DNA of 64,000 nucleotides from Candidatus Multivorans sp. (GTDB lineage Bacteria > Acidobacteriota > Thermoanaerobaculia > Multivoradales > Multivoraceae), in contig OZ245033.1 in the NCBI GenBank assembly GCA_965224025.1, forward strand, positions 2,784,001-2,848,000, given 5' to 3'. The translations under genes and the position numbers were made by a program. This document shows, piece by piece, positions 9,937 to 19,118 of the stretch. Within the stretch, counting starts at the first letter, position 1, and the number at the start of each line of letters is the position of its first letter. The notes below the pieces were generated by a model. The model worked only from the letters and a program-made list of their open reading frames with translations, had not been told where the DNA came from and searched no databases.

Positions 9937-10737
9937 ATGATCTCGGAATTGTTCCGCATCGGTCCGCTGTCGGTCTCGCCCTTCGGGCTGATGCTCGTGG
10001 CCGCTCTGTTCATCGGCAACCTGCAGTTGCGCTGGGGCCTTCGGCGCGTGGGCGCGAGAGCGGCGCGGGCCGCCGACGATGCCGCGGCGATTCTGCTTGC
10101 GGCTGCCCTCGGCGGCATCGCCGGCGGCAAGGCGTACTACGCGTTGCTCTACGGCGACTGGCGTCTGCTCTACAGCCGCGCCGGGCTGGTCTGGTACGGC
10201 GGTTTTCTGGTCGGGGCTGCGGCGGTGCTGTTCGTCATTCATCGTCGCCGGATGCCGGCGTGGCGGACCGCCGACGCCGCGGCGCCGGCGCTGGCGCTGG
10301 GCTACGGCATCGGCCGCATCGGTTGCTTGCTCGTCGGCGACGACTACGGCGCGCCGACGGACGTGCCCTGGGGAATGACCTTTCCCGAGGGACCGATCCC
10401 CACCACGGCAGGCGCTCTGCAACGGGAGTTCGGAGTCGATCTTCCCGCCGGCATGGCGCCGGACGCCCTGGTCGCGGTGCATCCCACCCAGCTCTACGAG
10501 ACCCTGATCGCGCTGCTCATCTTCTGGTTCGGTCGGACGCTTCTGGTGCGGGGCGCACCGGCCGGCGGCGTCGTGCTGCCGGTCATCGGGCTGCTGTCGC
10601 TGGAACGCTTCCTGGTCGAGTTCCTGCGCGTCAAGGACGATCGTTTCGTGGGAGCGCTGACCCTGGCGCAGTTGATCGCGGCCGCCCTCCTGCTTCTGGT
10701 CCTTCTGCTATGGCTGCGCCGCCGCCGCGCGTCCTGA
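9937..10737 (+). CDS. lgt: Prolipoprotein diacylglyceryl transferase
   Basis: GLVWYGG, GYGIGRIGCLLVGDDYG, VHPTQLYE, RFLVEFLR. Confidence 0.92.
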   Translation: MISELFRIGPLSVSPFGLMLVAALFIGNLQLRWGLRRVGARAARAADDAAAILLAAALGGIAGGKAYYALLYGDWRLLYSRAGLVWYGGFLVGAAAVLFVIHRRRMPAWRTADAAAPALALGYGIGRIGCLLVGDDYGAPTDVPWGMTFPEGPIPTTAGALQREFGVDLPAGMAPDALVAVHPTQLYETLIALLIFWFGRTLLVRGAPAGGVVLPVIGLLSLERFLVEFLRVKDDRFVGALTLAQLIAAALLLLVLLLWLRRRRAS

Positions 10738-11549
10738 CCATCGCCGGCTCCGACTCCGGGGGCTGCTCTGGGGTGCCGGCGGATCTGCGGACCTTTGCGG
10801 CCTACGGGGTTCACGGCCTGTGCGCACTCACCGCGGTCACGGCCCAGACCGCGGGCGAAGTGCGGGCGGTTGAACCGGTGGGTGTCGAGCTGCTGCGCCA
10901 CCAGTTGGCGGCGGCTGCCGAGATCGGCATCGACGCGATCAAGATCGGCATGCTCGCCGATGCCGCGACCGTCGAGGCGGTCGGGGACTGGTTGGAGATG
11001 CTGCCGCCGACGCCGGCGGTGCTCGACCCGGTGTTCGGGTCGACCTCGGGCGCCGCGCTCCTGGAGGCCGACGCTCTCCGCCTGGTCGTGGAGCGGCTGC
11101 TGCCGAGACTGCTGCTGGTGACGCCGAACCTGTTCGAAGCGGAGAGGCTGAGCGGCATGGCGATCGGGGGTCTGGACGATGCCCGGGCCGCCGCGCGCCG
11201 CATCGAGCGGATGGGGCCGGGTGTCCTGATCACCGGAGGCCACGGCTACTCGGCCGCGGCGGAGCCGCCTGACTGCGGCAAAGGCGGCGAACTGACCGAC
11301 CTGCTGTTCGACGGCAATCGGTTCGAGGCTTTCGTCCACCCCAGGATCCGAACCCCCTGGCGGCGCGGCACGGGCTGCACCCTGTCGGCGGCCATCGCGG
11401 CGGGTCTTGGCTGGCACATGCCGCTCGAGCGGGCTGTGCGGCGGGCGGTCGCCTTCGTCGAGAGGGCACTGCGGGGGTCGTACCCTCTGGGCCGGAGCAA
11501 TCGCCACGGCGCCCTCGACCCGATGGCGGGGCATCGGGGCCACAGGTGA
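10710..11549 (+). CDS. thiD: Hydroxymethylpyrimidine/phosphomethylpyrimidine kinase (divergent)
   Basis: VLTIAGSDSGG, TAVTAQ, IKIGML, VLDPV, TPNLFEA, GTGCTLSAAIAA. Confidence 0.85.
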   Translation: MAAPPPRVLTIAGSDSGGCSGVPADLRTFAAYGVHGLCALTAVTAQTAGEVRAVEPVGVELLRHQLAAAAEIGIDAIKIGMLADAATVEAVGDWLEMLPPTPAVLDPVFGSTSGAALLEADALRLVVERLLPRLLLVTPNLFEAERLSGMAIGGLDDARAAARRIERMGPGVLITGGHGYSAAAEPPDCGKGGELTDLLFDGNRFEAFVHPRIRTPWRRGTGCTLSAAIAAGLGWHMPLERAVRRAVAFVERALRGSYPLGRSNRHGALDPMAGHRGHR

Positions 11550-11635
11550 GGCCTGTTGTCCGGAATGACTCGGGTCTGCGCCGTGTTGTCCGGGTTCGCG
11601 GGACTCGCGGATAACCCCGCGCCGCTGCCGTCGCC

Positions 11636-11641
11636 TATAAT
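11636..11641 (+). promoter_or_regulatory. Consensus -10 box (TATAAT) 9 nt upstream of the VWA gene start
   Basis: Perfect TATAAT in GC-rich DNA, no clear Shine-Dalgarno before ATG 11651. Confidence 0.6.
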
Positions 11642-11650
11642 CGAGAGTCC

Positions 11651-13435
11651 ATGGTTCGATCGCTACGCCAAGCGCCGCTTCTGTACACTGCGGCCTTGAT
11701 CGCCGGGTTGCCGCTGATCGGGTCGGTCGCCGTTCCGGCGCAGGAGAGTCCCGCCCAGGCGCCTTCTCAAACGCCTCGCGCCACGTTCGAGGAATCCGTC
11801 CACGTCAAGGTCGTGAACGTCCAGGTCTTCGTCCGCGACAAGGACCGCAACCCGGTCACCGGCCTGACCCGGAAGGACTTCGTCCTCAGAGAAGAGAAGG
11901 ACCCGGTCACGATCACGAACTTCTACGAAGTCAACGAGCGGGTCAAGGTAAGCGACGTTCCCGGCCTGGTGCCGGACGAACCCGAAGTCCGGTTCGTCGA
12001 TCGGCCGGGACTGGAGCGCCGCCGTCGCGTCGTGCCCGAGGACGAGCGCCTCAACCTGGTGATCTACATCGATCACCTGAACATCCGACCCCAGAACCGC
12101 AACCGGGTGTTCCGGTACGTGCGCGAGTTCCTGCGCAAGGACGTGACGCGGGATGACCGGGTGATGCTGTTGAGCTACAACCGCTCGGTGAAGGTCGAGC
12201 GCGACTTCACCAGCGATCCGCAGATGATCGCGAACGCTCTCTACGAACTCGAGAAGCACACCGGCGGCAGGACGCAGTGGGACTCGGACCGCGCCGACAT
12301 CATCCGCGACATCGGCGAGGAGGACCGCCACTACGAGTACGTCCAGGGCCGCGTCCGGATCTACGCGCAGTCGATTTTCAACGACATGCAGTTCACCATC
12401 GACGGGCTGAAGGACACCGTCCTCTCGCTGGCCGGCCTGCCCGGCCGCAAGGCCTTCATGTACGTTTCGGACGGTCTGCCGATGCGTGCCGGCGCGGACA
12501 TGTTCGAGGCGCTCGATCAGCGCGGCCGGGCGGTGGACTCGGGGAGCTACAACCAGAACTCCTTCCTCGATTCACTCCAGTACGACTCGAGCCGGCGCTT
12601 TTCGGACCTGGTCGACGCCGCGAACGCGAACGAAGTCTCCTTCTACACCGTCGTCGCCGCTGGGCCGATGGGCATCAACTCGCGGGACGCCTCCATGCAG
12701 GGCATGGCGTTCTCGTCCAACATCGACTCGGTGGCCCGGGACAACATGCACTCGTCCGTCATGTACATGGCCGACGAGACCGGCGGTCAATACATCGTAA
12801 ACACGAACAACTTCCGCGACGGGCTGAACCGCATCGCCCTCGACTTCACGAGCTACTACTCGCTCGGCTTCCAGCCCGGTCATGCGGGTACCGGCCGGAG
12901 GTACAGGCTCAACGTCGAGTTGACGGACGAGGCGAAGAGGCGGCTGGGCTTGAAGCGGGACCGGTACGTGAGGCATCGCCTGAGCTACCGCGACAAGTCG
13001 ATCGATACGGAGATGACCGAGGGCACCCTGGCGGCGCTCAAGCTCGGTTACGAGAAGAACGACCTGGACATCACACTGGTCAAAGCCGACGAGATTCGTC
13101 GCGAGGAGCGGGGGCTCTACACCGTTCACGTCGATGTGCGGGTGCCGATCGGCGAGATGACCCTGGTGCCGGTGGGTACGGTCGGAGACCACCTCCTGCG
13201 GGCGCGGGTCTGGGTGCAGGCTCTGGCGTCGAACGGCGACATCTCGCCGCCCCAGGTCGAGCCGTTCGAGATCACCATCCCCGCCGAGGATCTGGAGCGG
13301 GCGCGGGAGAGCTTCTACACCTACAGGCTGCCGCTGATCATGAAGGAGGGCGATCAACGCCTGACGATCGCGGTGCGGGACGAGGTGGCCGGCCAGACTT
13401 CCTTCATCACCCGAACCCTGCGAGTCGGCGCCTGA
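11651..13435 (+). CDS. Secreted VWFA-related (Acidobacterial-type) domain protein
   Basis: Signal peptide; V..VNVQVFVRDK..PVTGLTRKDF, LPGRKAFMYVSDG, ETGG, YYSLGF. Confidence 0.85.
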   Translation: MVRSLRQAPLLYTAALIAGLPLIGSVAVPAQESPAQAPSQTPRATFEESVHVKVVNVQVFVRDKDRNPVTGLTRKDFVLREEKDPVTITNFYEVNERVKVSDVPGLVPDEPEVRFVDRPGLERRRRVVPEDERLNLVIYIDHLNIRPQNRNRVFRYVREFLRKDVTRDDRVMLLSYNRSVKVERDFTSDPQMIANALYELEKHTGGRTQWDSDRADIIRDIGEEDRHYEYVQGRVRIYAQSIFNDMQFTIDGLKDTVLSLAGLPGRKAFMYVSDGLPMRAGADMFEALDQRGRAVDSGSYNQNSFLDSLQYDSSRRFSDLVDAANANEVSFYTVVAAGPMGINSRDASMQGMAFSSNIDSVARDNMHSSVMYMADETGGQYIVNTNNFRDGLNRIALDFTSYYSLGFQPGHAGTGRRYRLNVELTDEAKRRLGLKRDRYVRHRLSYRDKSIDTEMTEGTLAALKLGYEKNDLDITLVKADEIRREERGLYTVHVDVRVPIGEMTLVPVGTVGDHLLRARVWVQALASNGDISPPQVEPFEITIPAEDLERARESFYTYRLPLIMKEGDQRLTIAVRDEVAGQTSFITRTLRVGA

Positions 13436-13462
13436 GCAGCGTCTGACCGGGGAGTGCAGGTA

Positions 13463-13502
13463 GGCTGCCTGGAGGCTGACCTTGGGGCTGCCTGGAGGCT
13501 GA
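13463..13502 (+). repeat. Tandem 17-bp direct repeat GGCTGCCTGGAGGCTGA (period 23)
   Basis: Exact copies at 13463-13479 and 13486-13502; core CCTGGAGGCTGACC shared with the inverted repeat at 38333-38495. Confidence 0.8.
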
Positions 13503-13506
13503 GCCG

Positions 13507-13974
13507 TTGAAGACCACGAAGATCGTCGAGTCGTTGACAACATTGAGCGGGCTGGGAGGCGCTCTGGCGCGTTCCGCCGCGGCCCTGCTCGAAGCGGAAG
13601 TGGATCAACTGCGCTTCGACCTGGCGCGGAACTGGCGCCGTTTTCTGGGCCTCGTCCTGCTTGCCGCGCTGGTGTTCGGCGTGGTCTTCTGGGCCCTCGG
13701 CGCGCTCCTGTTCGCGGCCGGCGCCGGTCTCGCGAATGTGCTGCCGCTCTGGGCGGCCGCGCTGGCGGTCGCGGTCGGCCTGCTGGCGCTGGCGCTGATC
13801 CTGCTCTTCATCGTCCGTGTCAGGGCGCGCCGCCTCGAATCGCCCGTGGGCACCGTGAAACGCCGCGTCGGTAGTCACCTGGCGTTTTGGCGGGGCCTTC
13901 TGGACGAGGCCGCAGGCAGCAGCGACGCGGCTTCGGATCGGGAACCCGACGAGTCGCCGGGAGGCGAATCGTGA
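13507..13974 (+). CDS. YqjE/holin-like two-TM membrane protein
   Basis: AALLEAEVDQLRFDL amphipathic helix followed by two hydrophobic segments. Confidence 0.65.
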   Translation: MKTTKIVESLTTLSGLGGALARSAAALLEAEVDQLRFDLARNWRRFLGLVLLAALVFGVVFWALGALLFAAGAGLANVLPLWAAALAVAVGLLALALILLFIVRVRARRLESPVGTVKRRVGSHLAFWRGLLDEAAGSSDAASDREPDESPGGES

Positions 13975-14189
13975 GCGGCCGGTCGGAGGCGCGCAAGCGG
14001 GCGGCTCTGCTGGCGCGCCGGCGTGACGACACGAGAGAGGCCCTGGAGCAGGTCCGCAGGGCTCTCGGCGACGTGGGCGGCGCCGACTTGAGCCGAGTCC
14101 GCGCGGGGACGGTCTGGGTGTTGCCCGTGGCGGCCGGGGCTGTCGGGATCGCGATCGCGTGGTCGCTCAGACGGCTCAGGAACAGGTGA
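13971..14189 (+). CDS. Small coiled-coil protein with C-terminal TM segment (YqjK/DUF3618-like partner)
   Basis: GTGA overlaps with both neighbours; coiled-coil followed by a hydrophobic C-terminus. Confidence 0.55.
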   Translation: MSGRSEARKRAALLARRRDDTREALEQVRRALGDVGGADLSRVRAGTVWVLPVAAGAVGIAIAWSLRRLRNR

Positions 14190-14977
14190 GCAGCCTGTCG
14201 GCCGACGGTCGTCCACACGCTGTCGACTGTGCGGGTGTCCGGGGGGCGCCTGGCCTGCCGTCCGCCGACGCGTCTGCGCGGCGGCTGCTGCTCTTCGCCA
14301 AGGAACCGGCGCCGGGCGACGTGAAGACCCGGTTGATCGGTCCAGGCGGTCTGACCGCCGGTCAGGCCGCTTCGCTGCACGCCGCCCTGGTTGCAGACCT
14401 GAGCCGGCGGCTCGAAGCCGGCCGCTGGGATCTGGTCCTGATGTGGTCGTTGTCGGAGGGGAGTGATCCGCCGGCCGACCTGACGCCGGCCGGTGTGCCC
14501 TGGCGGCCACAGCGCGGTCGCGACCTGGGCGAGCGGCTCTACCGTGGGCTGGAATGGGCGGCCTCCGGCGCTGGATACGCGGCGGCGGTCGGAAGCGATC
14601 ACCCCGACCTCGATCCGGGGCATGTGGAGACGGCGTTCGACCTTCTTGCCTCCGGGCACGACGCAATCCTCGGTCCAGCTCGGGACGGCGGCTACTACCT
14701 GATCGCCCTGCGGCGCGAGGCTGTACATCGCAGGTTGTTCGATGGACTGGCCTGGAGTACGCCGTCGGTGCTTCTCGAGACTCTGTCGCGCTGCCGCGAG
14801 TTGGGGCTGGATGCGGCCCTCCTGCCGGAAGAGGAGGATCTCGACACGCTGGACGATCTGGCTCGATTCCGGGACGCTCTCGAACGCCGGCCCGAGTTGC
14901 GGTCTCTATGCCCGCGAACCGCCGAGGTGGTCGCGTCCTGGTCCCGGCGTCCGCCAGCACCGGAGAGCCAGGGGTGA
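14186..14977 (+). CDS. CofC-like GT-A glycosyltransferase (DUF2064/TIGR04282-like)
   Basis: LFAKEPAPGDVKTRL, QRGRDLGERL, GSDHPDL, LGPARDGGYYLI, DLDTLDDL. Confidence 0.85.
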   Translation: MSSLSADGRPHAVDCAGVRGAPGLPSADASARRLLLFAKEPAPGDVKTRLIGPGGLTAGQAASLHAALVADLSRRLEAGRWDLVLMWSLSEGSDPPADLTPAGVPWRPQRGRDLGERLYRGLEWAASGAGYAAAVGSDHPDLDPGHVETAFDLLASGHDAILGPARDGGYYLIALRREAVHRRLFDGLAWSTPSVLLETLSRCRELGLDAALLPEEEDLDTLDDLARFRDALERRPELRSLCPRTAEVVASWSRRPPAPESQG

Positions 14978-16527
14978 GAGTCGTCACCACCGAGGAGATG
15001 CGGTCGGTCGAAGCCGCGGCGACCTCTGCCCTCAGCGTGCCGGCGCTGGTCCTGATGGAGAACGCGGCCCGCGCCATTGCCGACGCCATTGCCGAGTGCT
15101 ATCCGCGCGCGCGCCGTGTCGCCATCGCCTGCGGCCGGGGCAACAACGGCGGCGACGGTCTGGCCCTGCTCCGCGATCTGACGGCACGCGGGTACGAAGC
15201 GACCGCCTTCATTGCCGGACCGCTCGACAGGCTCAGTCTCGAAGCGACGCAGCAGCTCGTGTCCTGCGAACAGCTCGGGCTGTCGCCGGCGGTGGCCCCC
15301 GAACCCGCCAAGTGCGACGCGGTGGATCGAGAGGTCGACCTCTGGGTCGACGCGCTGCTGGGCACGGGGCTGAATAGGCCCGTCGAGGGCCCTGTGGCCC
15401 GCTGGGTCGACTGGCTGTGCAACCGGCGGGGAAACGTTCCACTGGTTTCGGTCGATCTGCCGACCGGGCTCGACGCCTCCGCGGCCGTGCCGCCTGGGCC
15501 CCACGTCGTCGCCGACCTCACGGTGGCTCTCGGCTTTCCCAAGGTCGCGAACGTGCTGGCGCCCGCATCGGACGCCGGTGGCCGGCTCCGGATCGGCGAT
15601 CTAGGCGTGCCGCTGCCCGAGCCGCCCCCGGGGCCCGAGGCTCTCTACCAGTCGCGCCGGGAGGATCTGGTGGGTCGCCTCGGAGCGCGCCCGCGGAGTG
15701 GCCACAAGGGAACGTTCGGTCACGTCATCGTTGCCGGCGGCTCGAGCGGCTACAGCGGGGCCGTGGTCCTGGCGGCGCGCGCGGCGGTTCGGGGCGGCGC
15801 CGGGCTGGTGACGGCGGCCGTGCCGGAACACCTCACGCAGGTGGTCGACGCCGGTTCGATCGAGTCGATGACCCTGGGCTTGCCCTCGAGGCGGGGCGGC
15901 TGGTCGCGGGACGCGGTGGAGCCGTTGCTGGAGACGATCGTCGAGCGCGCTTCGCCGGGCGCGTTGGCGCTGGGCCCGGGCCTCGGCCTGAGCGACGATG
16001 CCCGCGTGCTTGCCCGGCAGGTCCTGGCCGGGAGTACGGCGCCCGTCGTCCTCGATGCGGACGGCATTTCCGCCTTCGCCGGCGACGCGCGGGCGCTCCG
16101 GGCGCGCGACGCGGACCTCGTGATTACGCCCCATCCCGGCGAACTGGCGCGGCTGCTGGGCGTCGCGACCGATGCCGTGGTGAACGACCGCTGGGGGAAT
16201 GCGCGGCGGGCTGCCCGCGAGACCGGGGCGGTGGTCGTCCTCAAGGGCCGCCAGACGCTGATCTCGGACTCCGCCCTCGGTGCCTGGGTGAACCCGACCG
16301 GCAACCCGGGCATGGCCACGGGGGGCAGCGGCGACGTGCTGACCGGGGTGATCGCGGCGCTGCTGGCTCAGGGATTGGAACCGCCTTCCGCGGCGAGGGT
16401 GGGCGTCTACGTTCATGGCCTGGCGGGCGATCTGGCCGCCGCAAGCTGGGGTGAGACGTCGATGGCCGCCTCCGACCTGGTAGATGAACTCGGATCGGCG
16501 TTCAAGTCGCTGGCCGGCGCGGAATAG
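14974..16527 (+). CDS. nnr: Bifunctional NAD(P)HX epimerase/dehydratase
   Basis: LMENAA, CGRGNNGGDG, VDALLGTG, HKGTFGH, TPHPGE, GNPGMATGGSGDVLTG. Confidence 0.93.
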   Translation: MRVVTTEEMRSVEAAATSALSVPALVLMENAARAIADAIAECYPRARRVAIACGRGNNGGDGLALLRDLTARGYEATAFIAGPLDRLSLEATQQLVSCEQLGLSPAVAPEPAKCDAVDREVDLWVDALLGTGLNRPVEGPVARWVDWLCNRRGNVPLVSVDLPTGLDASAAVPPGPHVVADLTVALGFPKVANVLAPASDAGGRLRIGDLGVPLPEPPPGPEALYQSRREDLVGRLGARPRSGHKGTFGHVIVAGGSSGYSGAVVLAARAAVRGGAGLVTAAVPEHLTQVVDAGSIESMTLGLPSRRGGWSRDAVEPLLETIVERASPGALALGPGLGLSDDARVLARQVLAGSTAPVVLDADGISAFAGDARALRARDADLVITPHPGELARLLGVATDAVVNDRWGNARRAARETGAVVVLKGRQTLISDSALGAWVNPTGNPGMATGGSGDVLTGVIAALLAQGLEPPSAARVGVYVHGLAGDLAAASWGETSMAASDLVDELGSAFKSLAGAE

Positions 16528-16570
16528 CGGAATAGCAGCGGGGTTCGATCGTCTTGCAGATCTCCCACAG

Positions 16571-16999
16571 ATGCGGCGTGCTCGCCCCATGATCGTTCGC
16601 ACCGGGAGCGCCGGAGAAACCCGGAGGTTGGGGGTCGAACTCGCCGAACGGCTGAGGCCGGATGGCATCGCGCTCCTGTTCGGCGACCTGGGTTCCGGCA
16701 AGACGGTCCTGACCCAGGGCATTGCCGAGGGCCTGGGGCTCGACTCGGGGCTGATCCAGTCGCCGACCTTTACGCTGATTCACGAGTACGACCGCGGCCC
16801 GGTGCGCCTGGTCCATTTCGACCTCTACCGGTTGCAGCCGGAGGAGGTCGAGGGGATCGGGTTGGAGGAGTTGTTGGCAGGGAATGGCGTCAAGGTCGTC
16901 GAGTGGGCGGACCGCATGCCTTACGGAGTGCCGGCGATGGAGGTTCGGCTGGAGGTCGGTCGGGAACCGGGAGAGCGGACGATCGAGATCACAGGCTGA
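16571..16999 (+). CDS. tsaE: tRNA threonylcarbamoyladenosine biosynthesis ATPase
   Basis: GDLGSGKT, SPTFTLIHEY, HFDLYRL, VVEWA. Confidence 0.93.
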   Translation: MRRARPMIVRTGSAGETRRLGVELAERLRPDGIALLFGDLGSGKTVLTQGIAEGLGLDSGLIQSPTFTLIHEYDRGPVRLVHFDLYRLQPEEVEGIGLEELLAGNGVKVVEWADRMPYGVPAMEVRLEVGREPGERTIEITG

Positions 17000-17096
17000 C
17001 CGTTGCCAGCGCCGCCAAACTCGTCGCTGGGCGCCGGCCAGTGAGGTCACTGCGCCCTTGGGGCCAGTGACCCTGATGCTTTGATCGTCTCTGGCC

Positions 17097-17214
17097 CGCA
17101 AGCTCCTGGCGGTGTAAACCACAACGGGCTCCGTGTTTGGCCCCAGCCCCCACCTCTCCCGGAACTTGCGCCTGAGAACTCACTCCGTTACGTTCTCGGC
17201 GCAAGCTCCGGGAG
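17097..17214 (-). repeat. Two-hairpin dispersed element, copy 2 (intergenic, inverted)
   Basis: Near-perfect stem 17156-17179/17192-17214 and the same AGGTGGGGGCTGGGGCCAAACA tail as copy 1, on the minus strand. Confidence 0.85.
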
Positions 17215-17275
17215 TTCCGCACCGAAACCGGAGCGGCTGATTCACCGGACCTACAAAGGAAGAGAAGAGAGCTCG

Positions 17276-18127
17276 ATGGAAGTGCAACGCGTTGGCATCG
17301 TCGGCTGCGGTCTCATGGGCCGGGGCATTGCAGAGATCTGTTCGCGGGCCGGGCTCCCGGTCACGGTCAGGGAGATCAACCAGGGAGTGCTCGATGCGGG
17401 GCTCGGCGCGGTGCGCCGGTCCCTGGCCAAGAGTCTGGAGAGGCGGCGCATCGACGCCGAGGAGCACGACCGGGCGATCTCGAATCTGAGCGGCACGGTC
17501 GACCTTGCGGATCTCGCCGGTTCCGACCTGGTCGTCGAGGCGATCGTCGAGGACCTGGAGACGAAGCGCGAGCTGTTCGTCGCGCTGGACGGCATCGTCG
17601 GCGACGACGCGATCTTCGCCAGCAACACGTCCTCGCTGACCCTCACCCAACTCGCGGCTTCGACGTCGAGGCCGGACCGGTTCGTGGGGCTTCACTTCTT
17701 CAACCCGGTGCCGGCGATGCGGCTGGTCGAGGTCGTCCGCACCCTGATGACATCCGACGAGGCGTACGACGCCTCCTGGCGTCTCGCTCAGCGGGTCGGC
17801 AAGACGCCGGTTGCGTGCAAGGACAACTCCGGTTTCATCGTCAACCGGCTGCTGGTGCCGTATCTGCTGGATGCGATCCGCGCCTATGAGAACGGCATCG
17901 GCTCACTTACGGACATCGACACCGCGATGAAGCTCGGCTGCGGCTATCCGATGGGGCCGTTCACGCTGTGCGACTTCATCGGCCTGGACACGATGTACTA
18001 CGTCGCCAACATCATGTTCGACGAGTACCGGGAGACCCGCTTCGCCCCGCCGACGCTGCTCAAGCAGATGGTCCAGGCCGGGCAACTGGGACGCAAGAGC
18101 GGCAAGGGGTTCTTTGAGTACCGCTGA
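17276..18127 (+). CDS. hbd: 3-hydroxybutyryl-CoA dehydrogenase
   Basis: VGCGLMGRGIA, VVEAIVE, ASNTSSL, GLHFFNP, GFIVNRLL, YPMGP, GRKSGKGF. Confidence 0.93.
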   Translation: MEVQRVGIVGCGLMGRGIAEICSRAGLPVTVREINQGVLDAGLGAVRRSLAKSLERRRIDAEEHDRAISNLSGTVDLADLAGSDLVVEAIVEDLETKRELFVALDGIVGDDAIFASNTSSLTLTQLAASTSRPDRFVGLHFFNPVPAMRLVEVVRTLMTSDEAYDASWRLAQRVGKTPVACKDNSGFIVNRLLVPYLLDAIRAYENGIGSLTDIDTAMKLGCGYPMGPFTLCDFIGLDTMYYVANIMFDEYRETRFAPPTLLKQMVQAGQLGRKSGKGFFEYR

Positions 18128-19118
18128 ACCAGCGCAGGCCAGAGCCCAGTTGATCCTGCCCGAAGGGTCGGTGCAGGCGATCTGCGGCGCCCACGACGAG
18201 AACCTGCGACGGGTCGAGAAGGCGCTTCAAGTGACCCTCGGCGTGCGCGGATCGGCGGTTCAGATTCAGGGCGCGGCGAAGGCGGTGGGCCAGGCGGAGC
18301 GCCTGCTCACCGATCTCGGCGCGCTGGCCGCGAGTGGCCGCCGTCTCCGCTCTGGCGATCTGGCGACCGCGCTGCGCGTGGTGGCCGAGGAACCGGCGAC
18401 ATCGCTGGTCGACTTCTTCAAGACCGGAGCGTTGATCCAGGCCTCGCGTCGCCTCGTCGCGCCTCGCAGCCTGAACCAGAAGCGCTACCTGCGCGCTATG
18501 CTGGACCACGATCTGGTCGTCTCGACCGGGCCGGCGGGCACGGGCAAGACCTACCTGGCGGTGGCGGTGGCGGCTTCCGCGCTCAAGCAGGAAAAGGTCC
18601 GGCGCATCGTGCTGGCCCGGCCGGCGGTCGAAGCGGGCGAGAAGCTCGGGTTTCTGCCCGGCGACCTGGCGGAGAAGGTGAATCCCTACCTGCGGCCGCT
18701 GTACGATGCTCTCTACGACATCATCGGCTTCGACAAGGTGTCGCGGATGATGGAACGCGAAGTGATCGAGGTGGCGCCGCTCGCCTTCATGCGGGGTCGT
18801 TCGCTCAACGACAGCTTCATCATTCTCGACGAGGCGCAGAACACGACGCCGGAGCAGATGAAGATGTTCCTGACCCGCATCGGCTTCAATTCGAAGGCGG
18901 TGGTCAACGGCGATATCACGCAGGTCGACCTGCCGCCCGGTCAGCGATCGGGGCTGAAGCACGCTCTCGAGGTGCTTCGTGGCGAGGAGGGCATGGCTTT
19001 CGTGAGCTTCGGGCGGTCCGACGTGGTCCGTCACGAACTCGTGCAGCGGATTGTCGGCGCCTACGACCGCTGGGAGGCTCGTTTCGGCGACGACGCGGAG
19101 CGCCGGGAGGTTCGGTGA
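18114..19118 (+). CDS. phoH: PhoH family ATPase
   Basis: GPAGTGKTYLA, RPAVEAGEKLGFLPGD, PLAFMRGR, DEAQN, DVVRH. Confidence 0.94.
   Translation: MSTAEPAQARAQLILPEGSVQAICGAHDENLRRVEKALQVTLGVRGSAVQIQGAAKAVGQAERLLTDLGALAASGRRLRSGDLATALRVVAEEPATSLVDFFKTGALIQASRRLVAPRSLNQKRYLRAMLDHDLVVSTGPAGTGKTYLAVAVAASALKQEKVRRIVLARPAVEAGEKLGFLPGDLAEKVNPYLRPLYDALYDIIGFDKVSRMMEREVIEVAPLAFMRGRSLNDSFIILDEAQNTTPEQMKMFLTRIGFNSKAVVNGDITQVDLPPGQRSGLKHALEVLRGEEGMAFVSFGRSDVVRHELVQRIVGAYDRWEARFGDDAERREVR

Noticed and set aside
13507-13974. Holin-like gene as a prophage marker
   Set aside because: YqjE-like membrane proteins are chromosomal; the gene is coupled to housekeeping genes and no phage genes are nearby
14186-14977. 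CofC-like protein as evidence for F420 or arsenosugar biosynthesis
   Set aside because: The family is widespread, and partner radical SAM or cof genes are not in the window
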